Shown piece by piece: positions 1 through 14,424 of a stretch of 64,000 bases of DNA. The DNA comes from the human T2T-CHM13v2.0 reference genome, Homo sapiens: NCBI RefSeq assembly GCF_009914755.1, contig NC_060939.1; one strand, given 5' to 3'. The notes beneath the pieces are model-generated. The model was given only the letters and a program-made list of their open reading frames with translations. It had not been told where the DNA came from and did not search any database. Within the stretch, counting starts at the first letter, position 1. Each line of letters starts with the position of its first letter. The position numbers and the translations under genes are program-made.

Positions 1-1507
1 GTCAAGAGTCAAACAAATATAAATTCAAAACAAGTAATTAAAACAAATCCTTATAAATGTTTCATTTTTTTTTTCTTCTTAGTTAAAGGATTTATATCTC
101 CAAGGGACTGGTTCTCTGACTGGGAAACCAACCCCAGACAGAGCAGAGAAAGTTCAGAATCCTAGTCACTAAACTACAGGCCAGAGTGTCTTTTTTGCAA
201 ATTCCTCAAAGGCTCCAAAGCAGACAGTTTACATGTACAAAGGATTTTAACATTGTTTTAGATCTGATTTCTGCCTTTTAAAAATCTTGCCAAGGGAGTT
301 TTTAGGCTATCTTTCTTTTGTTTCTTTTCATAGGTACCAATAAGATAGTTGTTTAAGACTATAGCTCTCTAAAGAGTAGTCTTTTAAATTTAGAGAATTT
401 CTTTATCTCATAAGTGACTCAAGCCAAAAAGGCTTTTTTCATGGAAAGTCCCTGAGGTAACTTTCCGGGTTTAGAATACGACAGGCAAAATTGGCATCTT
501 TTTTTAAATGGGTGCGAAAGATGCAGCCTTCATGATCCTCCCCAAAATTTACTCCCAGAAATAAGCTAAGATAGCAGATCTCTGTTGCCACAGGCGGTTA
601 AGGATGGTGTAGCTGGTCTCCCTATGAGCACATGGACACGTGGCCACATGGGGGTGCCTCTAGTCACAGACCTGCCAACCTGTGACGCCTGTGACACAGG
701 GCAGGCACTTCAGGGATTAGACTTTCCCAGCACTAACCAGGCAACAAAGATGGAAGCAACAGAAGCCCTTCATGGATAGAACTCCTTTTAGGACAGACTC
801 CACTGACAGCTTGGCACATTTGGGGAGAAAAAGAGAGTGCTGCTTAAAATTTGACATGGCTCAGGATTCCCAGTGCTTTTAGACTAGCTACTGGACGTGA
901 CCTGAAAATCACACCCCCAGAGGCAGAGACCAAGGGAGAATGCTCCCTCTTGGTTACAAGTCAACTCTGAAGGGCATAAAGCAAGACGAAAGGAGACCCT
1001 CATCCGGTTTTCATTTCAGGGACCCACAGCACAGTTTGTCTTAAATAGATGCGGGTCTGATGAGAACCATAAAACTCACCAGTCTGTGGAGGTCAGCTCA
1101 GACAATGGGCTTATAGGGGTTTTAGGCCTATGTTCTATCCTACTTCTACCCTGTGATACCCTTATTTATGACAAAACAAAACAGGAAGACAAAGACGAAG
1201 GAAAAAACAAAGACTATTTCTGGAAAGAGAAGGATTAGATAATATGAATATTCATAATAAAAATACACCAGAGCTGCTATACTCAATGCTAGTCAAACAA
1301 GTGCTTTTCTCCCATTAATCTTAAATTTGGAAAGGAAAATGAGACAGTTATTTTTACCACCTACTTAACCAGATTTCACAAAGAGTGACCAAGAGTGACT
1401 GATAAGAATTTCTCCCCTTTGGCTGGCATATCAGGTCTGGGGTTCCCTCGAATCTGGCTTCCAGAAGAGCAGAGTGGTTTCGGTTATCCTGTTCACAGCA
1501 CCTCATC
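1..1507 (-). mobile_element. ERV1 (MER4-group) internal/leader sequence, running off the left edge of the window
   Basis: Directly follows the LTR end at 1508 on the minus strand and begins with a PBS-like 18-mer; no intact ORF. Confidence 0.7.
1486..1503 (-). other. Retroviral primer-binding site, tRNA-Ser(CGA)-like
   Basis: Plus strand ATCCTGTTCACAGCACCT matches the recalled tRNA-Ser(CGA) 3' end ATCCTGCTCACAGCGCCA at 15/18; lies 4 bp from the LTR terminus. Confidence 0.65.
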
Positions 1508-2567
1508 TGTAGGGACCAAGGGAAAGCTTCCCCCTTTACTTTCTGGAGGTTTGTGAATATCAACAAAAGACAGATTAATAAGAAAAAAAAGCATACAAAA
1601 TTTATTCTAACATGCATAGCACGGGGGAATTGCAGGAGAATGAATGCCCAGCAACCCAATGGAAATGTTTATACACCCTTTTTCATAAGGCAATTGGAGA
1701 TGAGGGAAATGTGGCAATTTGAGGGATAGTAACATTTTTACGGGGAAATGAATGGACTTGGAGAACACGCAGTGACCTGGGACAAAGTCTCTTGGGCCCA
1801 CAGAGCAGACAATGGCTGGTAAATGATTCTTTTTGAAATACTGAATGGGACTGTGTTCATTTGTTTTTGCACTGCTATAAAGAAGACACCTGAGGCTGGG
1901 TAATTTATAAAGAAAAGAGGTTTATTTGGCTCATGGTTCTGCAGGCTGTACAGGAAGCATGGTGTTGGCATCTGCTCAGCTTCTGGTAAGGCCTCAAGAA
2001 GCTTACAATTATGGTGGAAGGTGAAGTGGGAGCAGGCACATCACATAGCAAGAGCAGCAGCGAGAGAGAAAAGGGGGAGACTCTTTTAAGCAATCAGATC
2101 TCACATGAACTGAGAACTCATCACCAAGGATATGGTGCTAAGCCATTCATGAGCGATCCACTCCCATGGTCCAAACACTTGCCACTAGGCTCTACCTCCA
2201 ACACTGGGGATCACGTTTCCAAATGCAATTTGGAGGGGACACACATCCAAACCATATCAGGCACCAAAATAGAAGACGATGGTTTGTGACAGAAGTCTGC
2301 CCAGGCATTGACAGCTTGAGTCTTTCTTCCTGCGATATGAGTTAATGAAAACTCAAGGAAAGGACCAGAGGTAATTGTTTTCTTCTTTGGCAGGTGTGGA
2401 CTTTAGGAAGATAAGGGAACTCCAGAGAACAGCTTTGGGAGAGACAGAACATTGAGAGGCTAAAGGGAGGTGGAGATAGGGTAAGGTCAGAGAGACCTTG
2501 AGGTGCTTACTTCAGTCCAGCATGTTAAAGTGCTATATTTTTGGGTATTGGTTTCTGAGCCCCAGCA
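1508..2567 (-). mobile_element. ERV1 LTR, MER34/MER39-like (5' LTR of the provirus), interrupted by MST
   Basis: Minus strand starts TGCTGGGGCTCAGAAACCAATACCCAAAAATATAGCACTTT and ends ...ACA; AATAAA on minus near 1601-1606. Confidence 0.75.
1852..2259 (-). mobile_element. MaLR LTR, MSTA/MSTB-like
   Basis: Minus strand starts TGATATGGTTTGG; typical ggtaatttataaagaaaagaggttta block; 5-bp TSD gggac/ggcac. Confidence 0.9.
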
Positions 2568-2569
2568 CT

Positions 2570-3620
2570 GCAATTAATATACTGGTACATGGGTCCCTTT
2601 ACATGTTTGCAATAACTGTTGGATAAATTCTTAAAAGGGAGCCAAGAATTCATATGTATTTGTGATTTTGATAGCTAGTGGGTGGCAAATTGCCCTCCGA
2701 AGTGGTTGAAACAACTAACACATCCATCAGCAATGTATGAGAGTGGTTTGCTATCCACTTTTTGGCTATTTGCCAGTCTGATAAGGGGAAAGTGGTATCT
2801 CCTGTAGTATTATTAGTTTTCATTTGCATTTATCTAATTTTGAGTGAGCTCAAGCATCTTTTCACATGCTTCAGAACTGAACCTTCAGGGACTGGGCTAG
2901 GATGAAGTGAGTGCAGTGCCTTGGGTGAAGAATTTAAGGAGGCATTTACTAAGTTCTCCAGGTCTCCTTCACTTACGTGCCCTAAGCACCTCCCCTACCC
3001 ACCCTGGTCCCAGCTCTGTGCAGTGCCCTCCTCGCCCTCGCCCTCACCCTCGCCCAGGAACCACTTACATTCCTTTTGTGTGATCTGTCTTTTAATAATC
3101 TTTGCACATTTTTCTATTGGGTTGCTGATCTTTTTCTTAACTTGTAGGAGCTTTTTATGCATTAAAGAGATTATTGTGTAAATTGCAGGGTTTATTTTTT
3201 TTTTAACTTATGCCTTTGCTTATGAAATTTTATTTTTGCCATGCAGAAGTTTCACATTTTTTAAATGGCAAATTTAGCAATTTTCTCTTTTGTGATTCTG
3301 GATTTTATGTCATAGAAAGACCTACAGTTTGAAGTTATTAAGAAATCATCCTGTTTTCTTTCAGCAATTTATGGTTCTGTGTTTTTACATTTTTACCTTT
3401 TACATTAATTCATTTGGAATTTATCCTAGTGTATCGTGTGAGGTATGGGTTCAATTTTACTTTTTTTCAGATGGCTACCCAATTATGGATAATTACCCAA
3501 TTACCTAAACCATAATTGAATAGTCCACCTTGCCCCCACTATTTTGAGGCTCCCTCTTTATTACTTGTGTATATTTTTGGCTTTGTATTCAATTCTATGA
3601 ATCTCTGTCTTTTCATATAC
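2570..3620 (-). mobile_element. Old L1 (L1M/L1ME-type) fragment
   Basis: Degenerate antisense L1 motifs such as caaattgccctcc, cagcaatgtatgagagt, tttgcatttatctaat and gccatgcagaagttt. Confidence 0.75.
2886..3018. mobile_element. hAT MITE, MER96-like, inserted in the L1
   Basis: Quasi-palindromic ends CAGGGGACTGGGCTAGG...CCCTGGTCCCAGCTCTG and internal aatttaaggaggca. Confidence 0.6.
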
Positions 3621-3627
3621 AAATATT

Positions 3628-3816
3628 AGAACATACATTTCGAAAAAGAAGCAGAACACACAGGTGTTTGAAGTGATGAAAGGTAAGTTTGCTTTGCTCG
3701 GGGCTAATGCATTTATGGACTTCAAATGGAAACCTTTCTTTGTTCATCACTTGGAAAAGCCACCTGTATTTAGGTACCTTAACAAGACTTCCTGTTTACA
3801 ATATATTTTTACTTGA
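3628..3816 (+). mobile_element. Tigger/pogo transposase fossil (DDE domain N-terminal part)
   Basis: Frame from 3628 reads RTYISKKKQNTQVFEVMKGKFALLGANAFMDFKWKPFFVHHLEKPPVFRYLNKTS, matching the recalled Tigger1 motif RTFIAREEKS.PGFKASKDRLTLLLGANAAGDFKLKP.LIYHSENPR. Confidence 0.75.
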
Positions 3817-4269
3817 TTGAAAAATGAATATTCTATGACTTTTTGGAGCAGAATGGCAGGAGTTACAATCATGAAAAGCATTCCAAATGACAGGACCACG
3901 GTAGGCCAGATCAAGATCTCATGGACAGTTGAGGGAAAGTATTAAAAAATAGAGAACTGGAAAATTTATTGAAAAATGCAGAATATGCTTTTGGCAGCTG
4001 TTTGCTTTTAGGACAAACTAGATTTGACATGGAAAAACAAATCACTGCTCCCATAGGCGGCTCTTGAGGAACCGTCTTCTGCCATTCAGTAAATAGGCGG
4101 TATCTTTCACAAGTTTTGTTTTATTGCATATGGATCATAGCAATTTTTTAAAGTTTATCAATCCATCTTCTAATGGCTTGAAATTTACTATTTTTTTCTA
4201 CTTACTCTTCTTGTGTTCTATTTTCACAATTCCCAGCAAAATGCTAGTAATTATAGTGCTTAAGAATAT

Positions 4270-4923
4270 GCTGGAGAGGATGTGGAGAAATAGGAACACT
4301 TTTACACTGTTGGTGGGAGTGTAAATTAGTTCAACCATTGTGGAAGACAGTGTGATGATTCATCAAGGATCTAGAACTAGAAATACCATTTCACCCAGCC
4401 ATCCTATTACTGAGTATATACCCTAAGGATTATAAATCATTCTATAAAGACACATGCACATCTATGTTTATTGCAGCACTACTCACAATAGCAAAGACTT
4501 GGAACCAACCCAAATGTCCATCAGTGATAGACTGGTTAAAGAAAATGTGGCACGTATACACTATGGAATACTATGCAGCTGTAAAAAAGAATGAGTTCAT
4601 GTCCTTTGCAGGGACATGGACGAAGCTGGAAACCATCATTCTCAGCAAACTAACACAGGAACAGAAAACCAGACACCACATGTTCTCACTCATAAGTGGG
4701 AGTTGAACAATGAGAACACATGGACACAGGAAGGGGAACATCACATACTGGGGCCTGTTGGTGGGTGTGGGGGGCTAGGAGAGGGATAGCATTAGGAGAA
4801 ACACCTAATGTAGGTGACGGGTTGATGGGTGCAGCAAACCACCATGGCATGTGTATACCTATGTAACAAAACTGCATGTTCTGCACATGTAACCCAGAAC
4901 TTAAAGTATAATAATAATAAAAA
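4270..4923 (+). mobile_element. 5'-truncated L1PA (ORF2 C-terminus, 3'UTR, A-tail)
   Basis: ORF 4464-4706 is the L1 ORF2p C-terminus (MFIAALLTIAKTWNQPKCPS...HMFSLISGS*); TSD AAGAATAT at 4262-4269 and 4924-4931. Confidence 0.95.
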
Positions 4924-5919
4924 AAGAATATTCTGAACCTAGTTTCCTAACCAAATCTTGAGTGCTGCCAGCCAAAAAGATTTTTTTTTTCCATCCCACC
5001 TCCACATTCACCCAAATGGACTAAGGAAGGGAGATCAGTGACAGCCATGATTGTCATTTAAATGGACTGAATATGATCATGCATGAACAAAGATTTTGGA
5101 TTCCAACATTTGCTTTCCAAATACTAATCTCATTTCCTCAAAACTGCTTAACAAAACCTCAATATAAGCTTTGTCTCCCTTGTGAGAGCTATGATGAACT
5201 TCTTGTGGATGAAGGATTTTTGTATCCTTTGAGTTTCAAGTCAGTTTCTAAAGGCCTAATTTAAATACTTCACACATACAATATGAAATTTCAAATATAT
5301 GATATAAATAAAATACAATGCATGGTGTTTCAGTAATGTTTGGTGTACTCATGCTATTATTTCTTGTTTAGGGAAAGATAAACTCTTTCTATTTTTGGAT
5401 AGATATATAATCCCCCTCAGAACGAGGCTAGAGACCATCCAATATTTTTTAAATGAAAGTCTATGCCTTATTGCCGTGTTCCTGCTTTTATAGATCATAT
5501 AGCACAAGTAAACGTGAGACTTGTAATACTGCTTGATGATGACTTTTTCTTGAACTGGTTGATCGTGACATCTAGTGTTCAGTACTAAAATTACATATCT
5601 TTCTCAAAAGCAGCTCATAGGGAAACCAGCATAAATTACTGTTTAATTCAGGGCTGGCAATGCACCAAAAAGGCCAAAATACAAAAATGGAAGTGGAGTC
5701 ATTGGGGCAATAACTGGGGACAGTTTGAATTAGAAGGGTAATTGCTCCTTGATGATAACATCAAGAACTGTAAATTACACTTGGGAGCAATTATGTATGG
5801 ACATGCAAAGTGAACTGCTCTTCAGACTCAGTTCTGAATCTGTTTTTTTGTTGTTGTTTAGTTCAGTCCTTCTTTGGCTCTTCTCAGACCAGGAGTGTGT
5901 ATAAATTCACTAGTCAGAT

Positions 5920-6080
5920 TATCTTAAGCAAGTCATAAAATTTCTCAGAGACACAGTCCTCTTATCTATAAATTTGAGATACTGAGTCCACATCATAAAA
6001 TTCTGGGGGAATTAAATGAGATGTTTCATGTATAATGATCTGGGTTCAGTGCAGGGTGCATTGTGAATAATAAATAGCAG
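5920..6080 (+). mobile_element. MIR fragment
   Basis: caagtca...tcttatctataaat...aattaaatgagat core. Confidence 0.6.
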
Positions 6081-6417
6081 TGCTGGTGATGGGTAATGGT
6101 GATGGTGATGCGGGGATGTGTCTGGGAAGTCATTTGCATGGATCTTGATGTCTGGGGGTAGCAAAGACAGGCAGTGACCAGGTGCAGAAATTGTCCAGGA
6201 TATTGTAACTGGATATTGGGATCAGTGGGCAACAGGAGGCAGGTCATGATATGAGCAGCAAATGTGGATGGTGTGAGGCTCAGATGAAGGGAACCACACA
6301 GTGCCTAAGAAGGCAGCGAGGTTGGGAAGCCTGCTGCCCCACTGATTTGGGTCACAGGGTTCGGGAGAGAGGGATGGAAGAAAGCCTCAGTGTCCTTGGA
6401 GAGTTTCACCTGTAGAA

Positions 6418-6719
6418 TTTTTTTTTTTTTTTTTTTTTTTTTTTGAGATGGAGTCTTGCTCTTTTGCCCAGGCTGGAGTGCAGTGGTGCAAAATCTGCCC
6501 CCTGGGGTTTTTTTTTTTTTTAAGCAATACTCCTGCCTCAGCCTCAGGAGTAGCTGGGACTACAGGTGTGCGCCACCACACCAGCTAATTTTTGTATTTT
6601 TAGTAGAGACGGGGTTTCACTATGTTGGCCAGGCTGGTCTCGAACTGCTGACCTCGTAATCTGCCCGCCTTGGCCTCACAAAGTGCTGGGATTACAGGCG
6701 TGAGCCACCGTGCCCAGCC
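6418..6719 (-). mobile_element. AluS with an internal deletion and T-run expansion
   Basis: Alu consensus; TSD TCACCTGTAGAA at 6406-6417 and 6720-6731. Confidence 0.95.
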
Positions 6720-6759
6720 TCACCTGTAGAACTTTAAGAAGATATAGTAACATGCAGTA

Positions 6760-6962
6760 GGACTTACTACCCTGCCTCTCAGGAGCTGGATCTCCTTTAT
6801 TAAGTTCCTAACTTTTCTGAGCCTCATTTTCCACTTTAGTAAAGCAGGGATGAGAGCAGTACTGACCCCGCAGGTTTGTGAGGATTCAATGAGACGGTGC
6901 ATAAAAGAGCCCTAGACAATGCCTGGCACAGCTTAGTAAGCATGCAGTAGCTAAATGGTAGC
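6760..6962 (+). mobile_element. MIR
   Basis: ctgagcctcattttcc...tgtgaggattcaatgaga...tgcctggcacag. Confidence 0.75.
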
Positions 6963-6975
6963 CCTTGTTGCTATC

Positions 6976-7879
<904 letters not shown>

Positions 7880-8129
7880 TTATGTACCCACATAGGTCAC
7901 CTTTGGTAGAGCAATCTCTGATTCTGGCAGGCATCGTTGCTCCTTTTACTGTGTTTCCAGTCCCCATAGTCCCTTGTGCTTGACACCTTCTTGTTCTTGC
8001 TAGACTGTTTATGCATCGAACCCTCCGATAAACCATGAGCCCCTTGAGGGCAGACCCAGGAAGATTAGGTACTTAAGAAATGTTGAAAGAATTATGAATA
8101 CACTAAAAATACAAGAGAAAGGGGGAGAA

Positions 8130-8270
8130 AGAGGGGAGCAGAGAGACAGTGAAACAAGTGTGGCAAAATGTTCACTGAATCTAGGTGAAGGGTACATGAA
8201 TGTTGGTTGAACTATTCTTGCAACTTTTTCTTTAGGTGTGAAATCTTTCCAAATACAAAGTTGGAGGAGG
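8130..8270 (+). mobile_element. Old L1 (L1ME-like) 3' end
   Basis: tggcaaaatgtt...gaatctaggtgaagggtacatg...tattcttgcaacttttt. Confidence 0.65.
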
Positions 8271-8689
8271 AAAAATGTTAAGGATTTTTCTTTTTACATT
8301 CAAAGCATTCCTTTTTAGGGAGATTGGCCTAGGCTCTCCCCTTCTCTGGCCTCCCTGGGTTGCTCTGGTTGCTCATAAATGCTGTTTGTGACCGAAAGGT
8401 GAAGCTATCCTTTCTCTCTGCAGGTCTTTTTACCCAACTTGGCTTCTATCGACTGATGTCCAACCTGTAATTAAAAGAAAAACAGATCCCTCTCTCTCTC
8501 TCTATGTATATATGAGCACCCCACCTGATGTTGTTTGGAAGCTACAGTGTATTTCTGAATTTAGAGTAAGGAGGGAGAACATCGAATTTTGCAAAGAGGA
8601 AGCATTGAAACAGCCCTTTGAAAATACATGTTAAGTTCAGAGGCAAAACAAAACAAAAAACACAGCAAACCTGTATGTTGTCCCTTCCA

Positions 8690-8721
8690 GGTCCCCCTGC
8701 TGGGCATTTGCAGAACCGCAG
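8690..8721 (-). promoter_or_regulatory. Candidate CTCF site with upstream motif
   Basis: Minus strand CTGCGGTTCTGCAAATGC-CCAGCAGGGGGAC; upstream TGCGG starts 17 bp before the core. Confidence 0.45.
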
Positions 8722-9519
8722 CATCCCAGATCACTCGTTAAAAAATTTCCACATGTTGCGCTTTTTGAAAAGCATAAAAGGTGCATGTTCAAAGCTGTAT
8801 CCTGACCCCATTCCCTCTACAACATACATTGCTTCAGCTGTTAAGCTCTATATTGAATGAAAGCACAATGGGAAAATAGAATTTCAAAACTAAAGCAAAG
8901 GTGCATAACAAATACTCTTCAAATGCTTCTGTTTTATGTTATCTCATTTCATTTTAAGAAAGGCCCTGAGGCAAATCCTAGAAGTAAAGACAGCCACACT
9001 GCTAAAGCATAGGTGCTGCTTCTCAGTGGAAAATCTGTCTGTCTCATGGTTATCCAAGGCTGAGGTGGTCCTTTCTGATCTAATAGACCTTTTGTCTGCA
9101 TTTAAAAAAAAGTTCCTAAGAACTAGAACTTCCCCACAATGAATGGCCTATTCCTTGTTATAACACCTTCCCTGTTAAAACGGTGCAAGTGCTTAATAAA
9201 TGCATGATGAATGGTGGGTTGCTGGGTGGACAGGCACGCAGAGAGGTATTTGGGTTGAGTGTGGACAAACTGGTAAGCTGGAGAAACTGGTGCCAAAAAG
9301 GGATGTTTACACTAAGTGCAGATTTGGACAGGATCACTGCTAGATCCCTTCCATCTAAGATATTGCAAATCACAAATTCTGAAGAACTCAGTGGAGAATT
9401 CTAAAGCATGGGGTCCACCTGAAGAGTCCCAGACTGATGCCGTCTCTTCTACAGCCACTGGTGTCATTGTTAATCTTGTCCAGTCACATGTCAATGTAAC
9501 TCTTAGTCAGAAGACAGAA

Positions 9520-10485
9520 ATATACCAAGAGAATCCATGTGTCGTCTGTAGCCCATGCCTCTCTCCTGAGCACCAGACTCATCTGCTAATTCACTGCTTT
9601 CCATTTCTACCCACACATCTCACAGCACCTCACGCTGCACGTGACTAAACCTGAGCTCATTATATTTTCTTCCTCCCTTGTGCACGCTCTTGGGTTTCTG
9701 ATTTTGGTGAGTGACACCTCCACTCAATGAGTCCCCATGACAGACCAGCTGGATGCCTTCTTCATTCCCACCTCTCCATGATCATTGGTGACCCAGTTCT
9801 ATTTATTCTTGAAGTCTCAGAAGAGCTTCATTTCACATCATCTTCTTTGGACCATTGCAGTGGTCTACTAACTAGTCTTCCTTCCTTTTCTTATTCTTTT
9901 TCAGGTGAGCTTTCATTTTACCGTCAGAGGGATTCTAAAATATAAATTATTCCCCTGCCTCTGTGCCCACTCTGCCTCTCCCCATTGTCCACAGATAAAA
10001 GTCCAAATTCCTTAGCATGGCATTCAGTATGTTCCATGATCTAGCCCCTGCCTACCTCTCCATTCTTAAAGCAAACATTCCAACCATACCAAACCACGTA
10101 CAGCTCTCTGAATAGGCCATGCCTCTGGGCTCTGTCCCTACTTGTTTTTCTATGGGGAATACCTTTTCCTATCTGTACACATGGCAAATAGCTGTTCACC
10201 TGGCAAGACACAGCTTCGGTGTCATTTCTTCTATAGTGCTGTTACTCTTGGTCCCCAGAGAGGGTGGCTTCCTCTCCCTGTCGTGCCCCAAATAGACCTC
10301 TTTTAAGACACCCGTCATTCTTTATTGCCCTTTTTGATTTACGTATCTACCTCCCCACAGATGCACAGAAAAATCCTAAACTAGGAACAAACCTTGTCTT
10401 ACTCATCTTTGATCCTCCACTATCTAGCACAGTGAGTCAGCGCATAATACTTACTCAAAAGATGTTTGTTCAAATGAACAAATCC
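9520..10485 (+). mobile_element. L2 3' region
   Basis: ctctcctgagcaccagactc; agataaaagtccaaattccttagcatggcattca; terminal gtttgttcaaatgaacaaat. Confidence 0.75.
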
Positions 10486-11079
10486 ATCTATTATTTAACC
10501 AGTCATGAGATCACCATGGGAGCAACACTGTTCATCTGGAGCTGCTGATATCATACCATATGTTCATTCTTCACCAGGTGTTACCTGGATATCCCCTCAT
10601 CTCACAACCTCAGAGTGCAGATGTGTCACATTTACAGAAGCACCAGCAAAGTCAATGTTCTGTTCCCCGTCATCTTGATTGACAGGAGGTTCTCTGTTTT
10701 CTCAGATGATCCTTCCCATCATTTCCAAATTGTGATCTAAAGTAGACAGCTGAGTACCCAAGTCTGAAATTCAAAGCATTGGTTAGGACCACTGTTTTGG
10801 CTGACTGGAAAGAGGTGATGATTTATCTTCATGGCTAATGGCTCAGAAAGTTCTTTTCAAGGTTGTAGAATTCAAATGTTATCCATGACGGGATATGAAA
10901 TCCTTACGATGTGCTTTGCTTTTTTTGTACATCAAAGCATTAAGCATGGGACAAATTTTGCTGAGCTTAATTGTGGAGATGAGTCCATGTTTTACACCAT
11001 TTAGCAAAATGCAGTTGCAAGATCGCTCTGCCTAATTGTCTAACAGGGACTTCAAACCTTGAGATAATTAAGACTGAAT

Positions 11080-11625
11080 TTATTTCCTTCAACTCTCCCA
11101 AAAGAAAATAACTTTGGATACTTTCTTCTGTATCTCCATGAACAACATCTAACTAATCACCCAGGCCAGAAATATAAATGTCAATATCAATTCCGCTTTC
11201 CATCCCCTGACTCTATCCCATAGTGAAACTGTCCCAAGGAAACTACCTCCTTAGTAGTTCTCTCTACTTTGTTCTTTGTTCTTCTTCCCGCCATCACTTC
11301 CTTTCTTTAAACCTTCATCATTAGTTGTGTAGATAAGTATAGCAACCACTTTAATGGTCTTCCTTTATTTAGCATTGCCCTTTCTTATACAGAATTGCCA
11401 GTGTCGTCTTGTAAAATAGGAATCAAAATGTGTCACTCTCCTGTAAAACTTCCAGTAATTCCTCCACGGTCTTTAGGTCTCTGTTTAGTTCTACAGTGTT
11501 GTTTTATCACACTACTATCTTACCTTATACGTTGGTCTTGAATACCTCTAGTTTTCCAAACAAGTCATCTTTTGTCATTTTTCTCAGTGCTTTAGTATAT
11601 TCTGCTGCTTCTGCCTAGAATGCCT
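11080..11625 (+). mobile_element. L2 fragment
   Basis: cacccaggccagaaa...tgtcactctcctgtaaaac...ctgcctagaatgcc. Confidence 0.6.
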
Positions 11626-11629
11626 TACA

Positions 11630-12493
<864 letters not shown>

Positions 12494-12744
12494 CTTTCCT
12501 CCTCTTTGCCAGGCTAATTGTTGAATACTCAGCTAATGAGTCACCCTCGGAGAGACTTCTCTGACCACCTCTCTTCCTTTTGATGCCTTCTGACAAGTTA
12601 ATACAGCTATAGAATTTATCCTACCAGACCACAAGTGCCTCGAGGTAGGACTGTCTTTTAGTATCTGTCGTAGTTACTGGCACATAGCTACAGGCATATG
12701 TGCTAATATTTGTTGAATATAAAAATAAAAGACAAAACCTGAGT

Positions 12745-13170
12745 TGTGTCAATTAGCGATGACATTCTCCTTGCCACAGAAACCCTAGAGTGGTTTAACC
12801 AAAAGAGATACTGTTTTTCTCATGGAACAACTCCAGAGGAAGAGGTCCTGGGCTAATAAACATGCACTTACAATTCATCACAGGCTTGGGAGCCTTCTAG
12901 AGTCTTGTTCTGCTCTCCTTGGCGTGTCACTGCATGTTCTCATGAACACATCCTGGCTCTTCCACCTCCTGAGTCCATGTTCCAGGCAAAAAGAAGGACT
13001 AAAGGTACAGGTTACTTGTCAATTGAATCTGTGGCTTTTCCTCTGGTAAACAGTAGCTTTCTCGGCAGCTCTGCTTACTTGACTTCTGGTTATATCCCAT
13101 GAGCCAGGCACAGATCTGGTTTTACGGGACAATGCCAAAACAAACATTGTCAGGGTTCTGTTAGGGTCAC
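12745..13170 (-). mobile_element. MaLR MLT1-type LTR (old)
   Basis: cagaaaccctagagtggtttaacc...atgttccaggca...cagggttctgttag. Confidence 0.5.
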
Positions 13171-13600
13171 AAGAAGATTTACTCTATTTCTTGTTCTGTC
13201 TGCCTGCTTGAAACAATAGCAGCCATTAAAAGTTGTTATGTGGAAGTCTTGTATTATATACTAGAAATGGGCCTTGTAAGAATGACTTGTATCATATTGT
13301 CCACATCCTCATTGAGAATATTAAGAAGACAATGTTGAGAAGACTGACGCCCAGAGAAATGTCATTTGCCCAAGGCAAAATCAAATATTTTGGTGGCAGA
13401 GACTGCTTAGGAAACAACCGGTCCTTATCTCAAGTCTAACTCCCTTAACATTTGGGGGCATTTCATAATTTGATCTTGAGGTAATAGATATTAGATGTAT
13501 TAACTTCTTTTTCCAGCCTTACATAACAAAGTCTTCAGAAACAGAAACCGTATTTGCGTGGTTTGCTGTAAGTAATGCCTAGTATGGAGTCATGTAATGA

Positions 13601-13733
13601 TTCTTTTAAATTTAAATTTAAATTATTGATTTTTGTGGATACATAGTAGGTATATTATGGGGTACATGAGATGTTTTGATACAGACATGCAACGTGAAGC
13701 AAGCACATCATGGAGAATGGGGTATCCATCCCT
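13601..13733 (-). mobile_element. Short L1MA/L1PB 3' end
   Basis: tttttgtggatacatagtaggtata...ggggtacatgagatgttttgatacag; near-TSD gagtc(a/c)tgtaatgat on both sides. Confidence 0.85.
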
Positions 13734-13823
13734 GAGTCCTGTAATGATCTTAATGCAGTCCTTCCTGCTTTCTCTGCAGGGACTTTTAGGAAGATGTAGG
13801 AAGGAATGATTTGTCCACTGTGG

Positions 13824-13855
13824 CTGCAGTTACCTCCATTAACTCTAGATGGCAC
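13824..13855 (+). promoter_or_regulatory. Candidate CTCF site with upstream motif
   Basis: CTGCAGTTACCTCCATTA-ACTCTAGATGGCAC; TGCAG starts 17 bp before the core. Confidence 0.45.
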
Positions 13856-14424
13856 TCATGCATTGATTGGGAAACCAGTCACTGATAATATTAACTGCCT
13901 GGTAGAAACTGACAAATTCTTCAGTCAGGGTGGTGAAAAGTTAAATATAGGTGGCTCCCAGGCATGGCTGGGTGAATAGATTGGTCAAAGGAGAAGTGGT
14001 GAAAACTGGGGACTGGCTGTAAACACATTTCATGAGTACATACAAACCCCCTTGCCTTCTGTTCATTCTCCCTCACAGCAGCCAAAGTGGGCAAACCAGA
14101 AAATGGACTGGCCAGCCTTACCAGTGTGCCTGTCTGACCAGCGGGCGACCTGGTCACTGCCCCAGAGGGTCAAGGGAAACCTATTCTCCTTGGCCACATT
14201 CCTTGAGATGGTGATCACAGAGGACACTCAGTTGCCACATCAGGACTTTGATATTCAGATGGAAAAGGCTTATATGTTGATTTGAGTTAGTAATTAGGGC
14301 TTTTAAACTGCTCTTGTCGACATAAACACATACACTATTATTCAGTACTTCTGGTTTAAAACTCTTGTTCCACTGAACACATTATTTGGGGGTACATTGA
14401 TACTGTTTCTATGTGGCATTTCAG

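Noticed and set aside
4464-4706. ORF resembling a real protein
   Set aside because: C-terminal remnant of L1 ORF2p in a 5'-truncated copy with no promoter or RT
5536-5640. C-box ATGATGA suggesting a C/D snoRNA
   Set aside because: No CTGA D-box or terminal stem at a suitable distance
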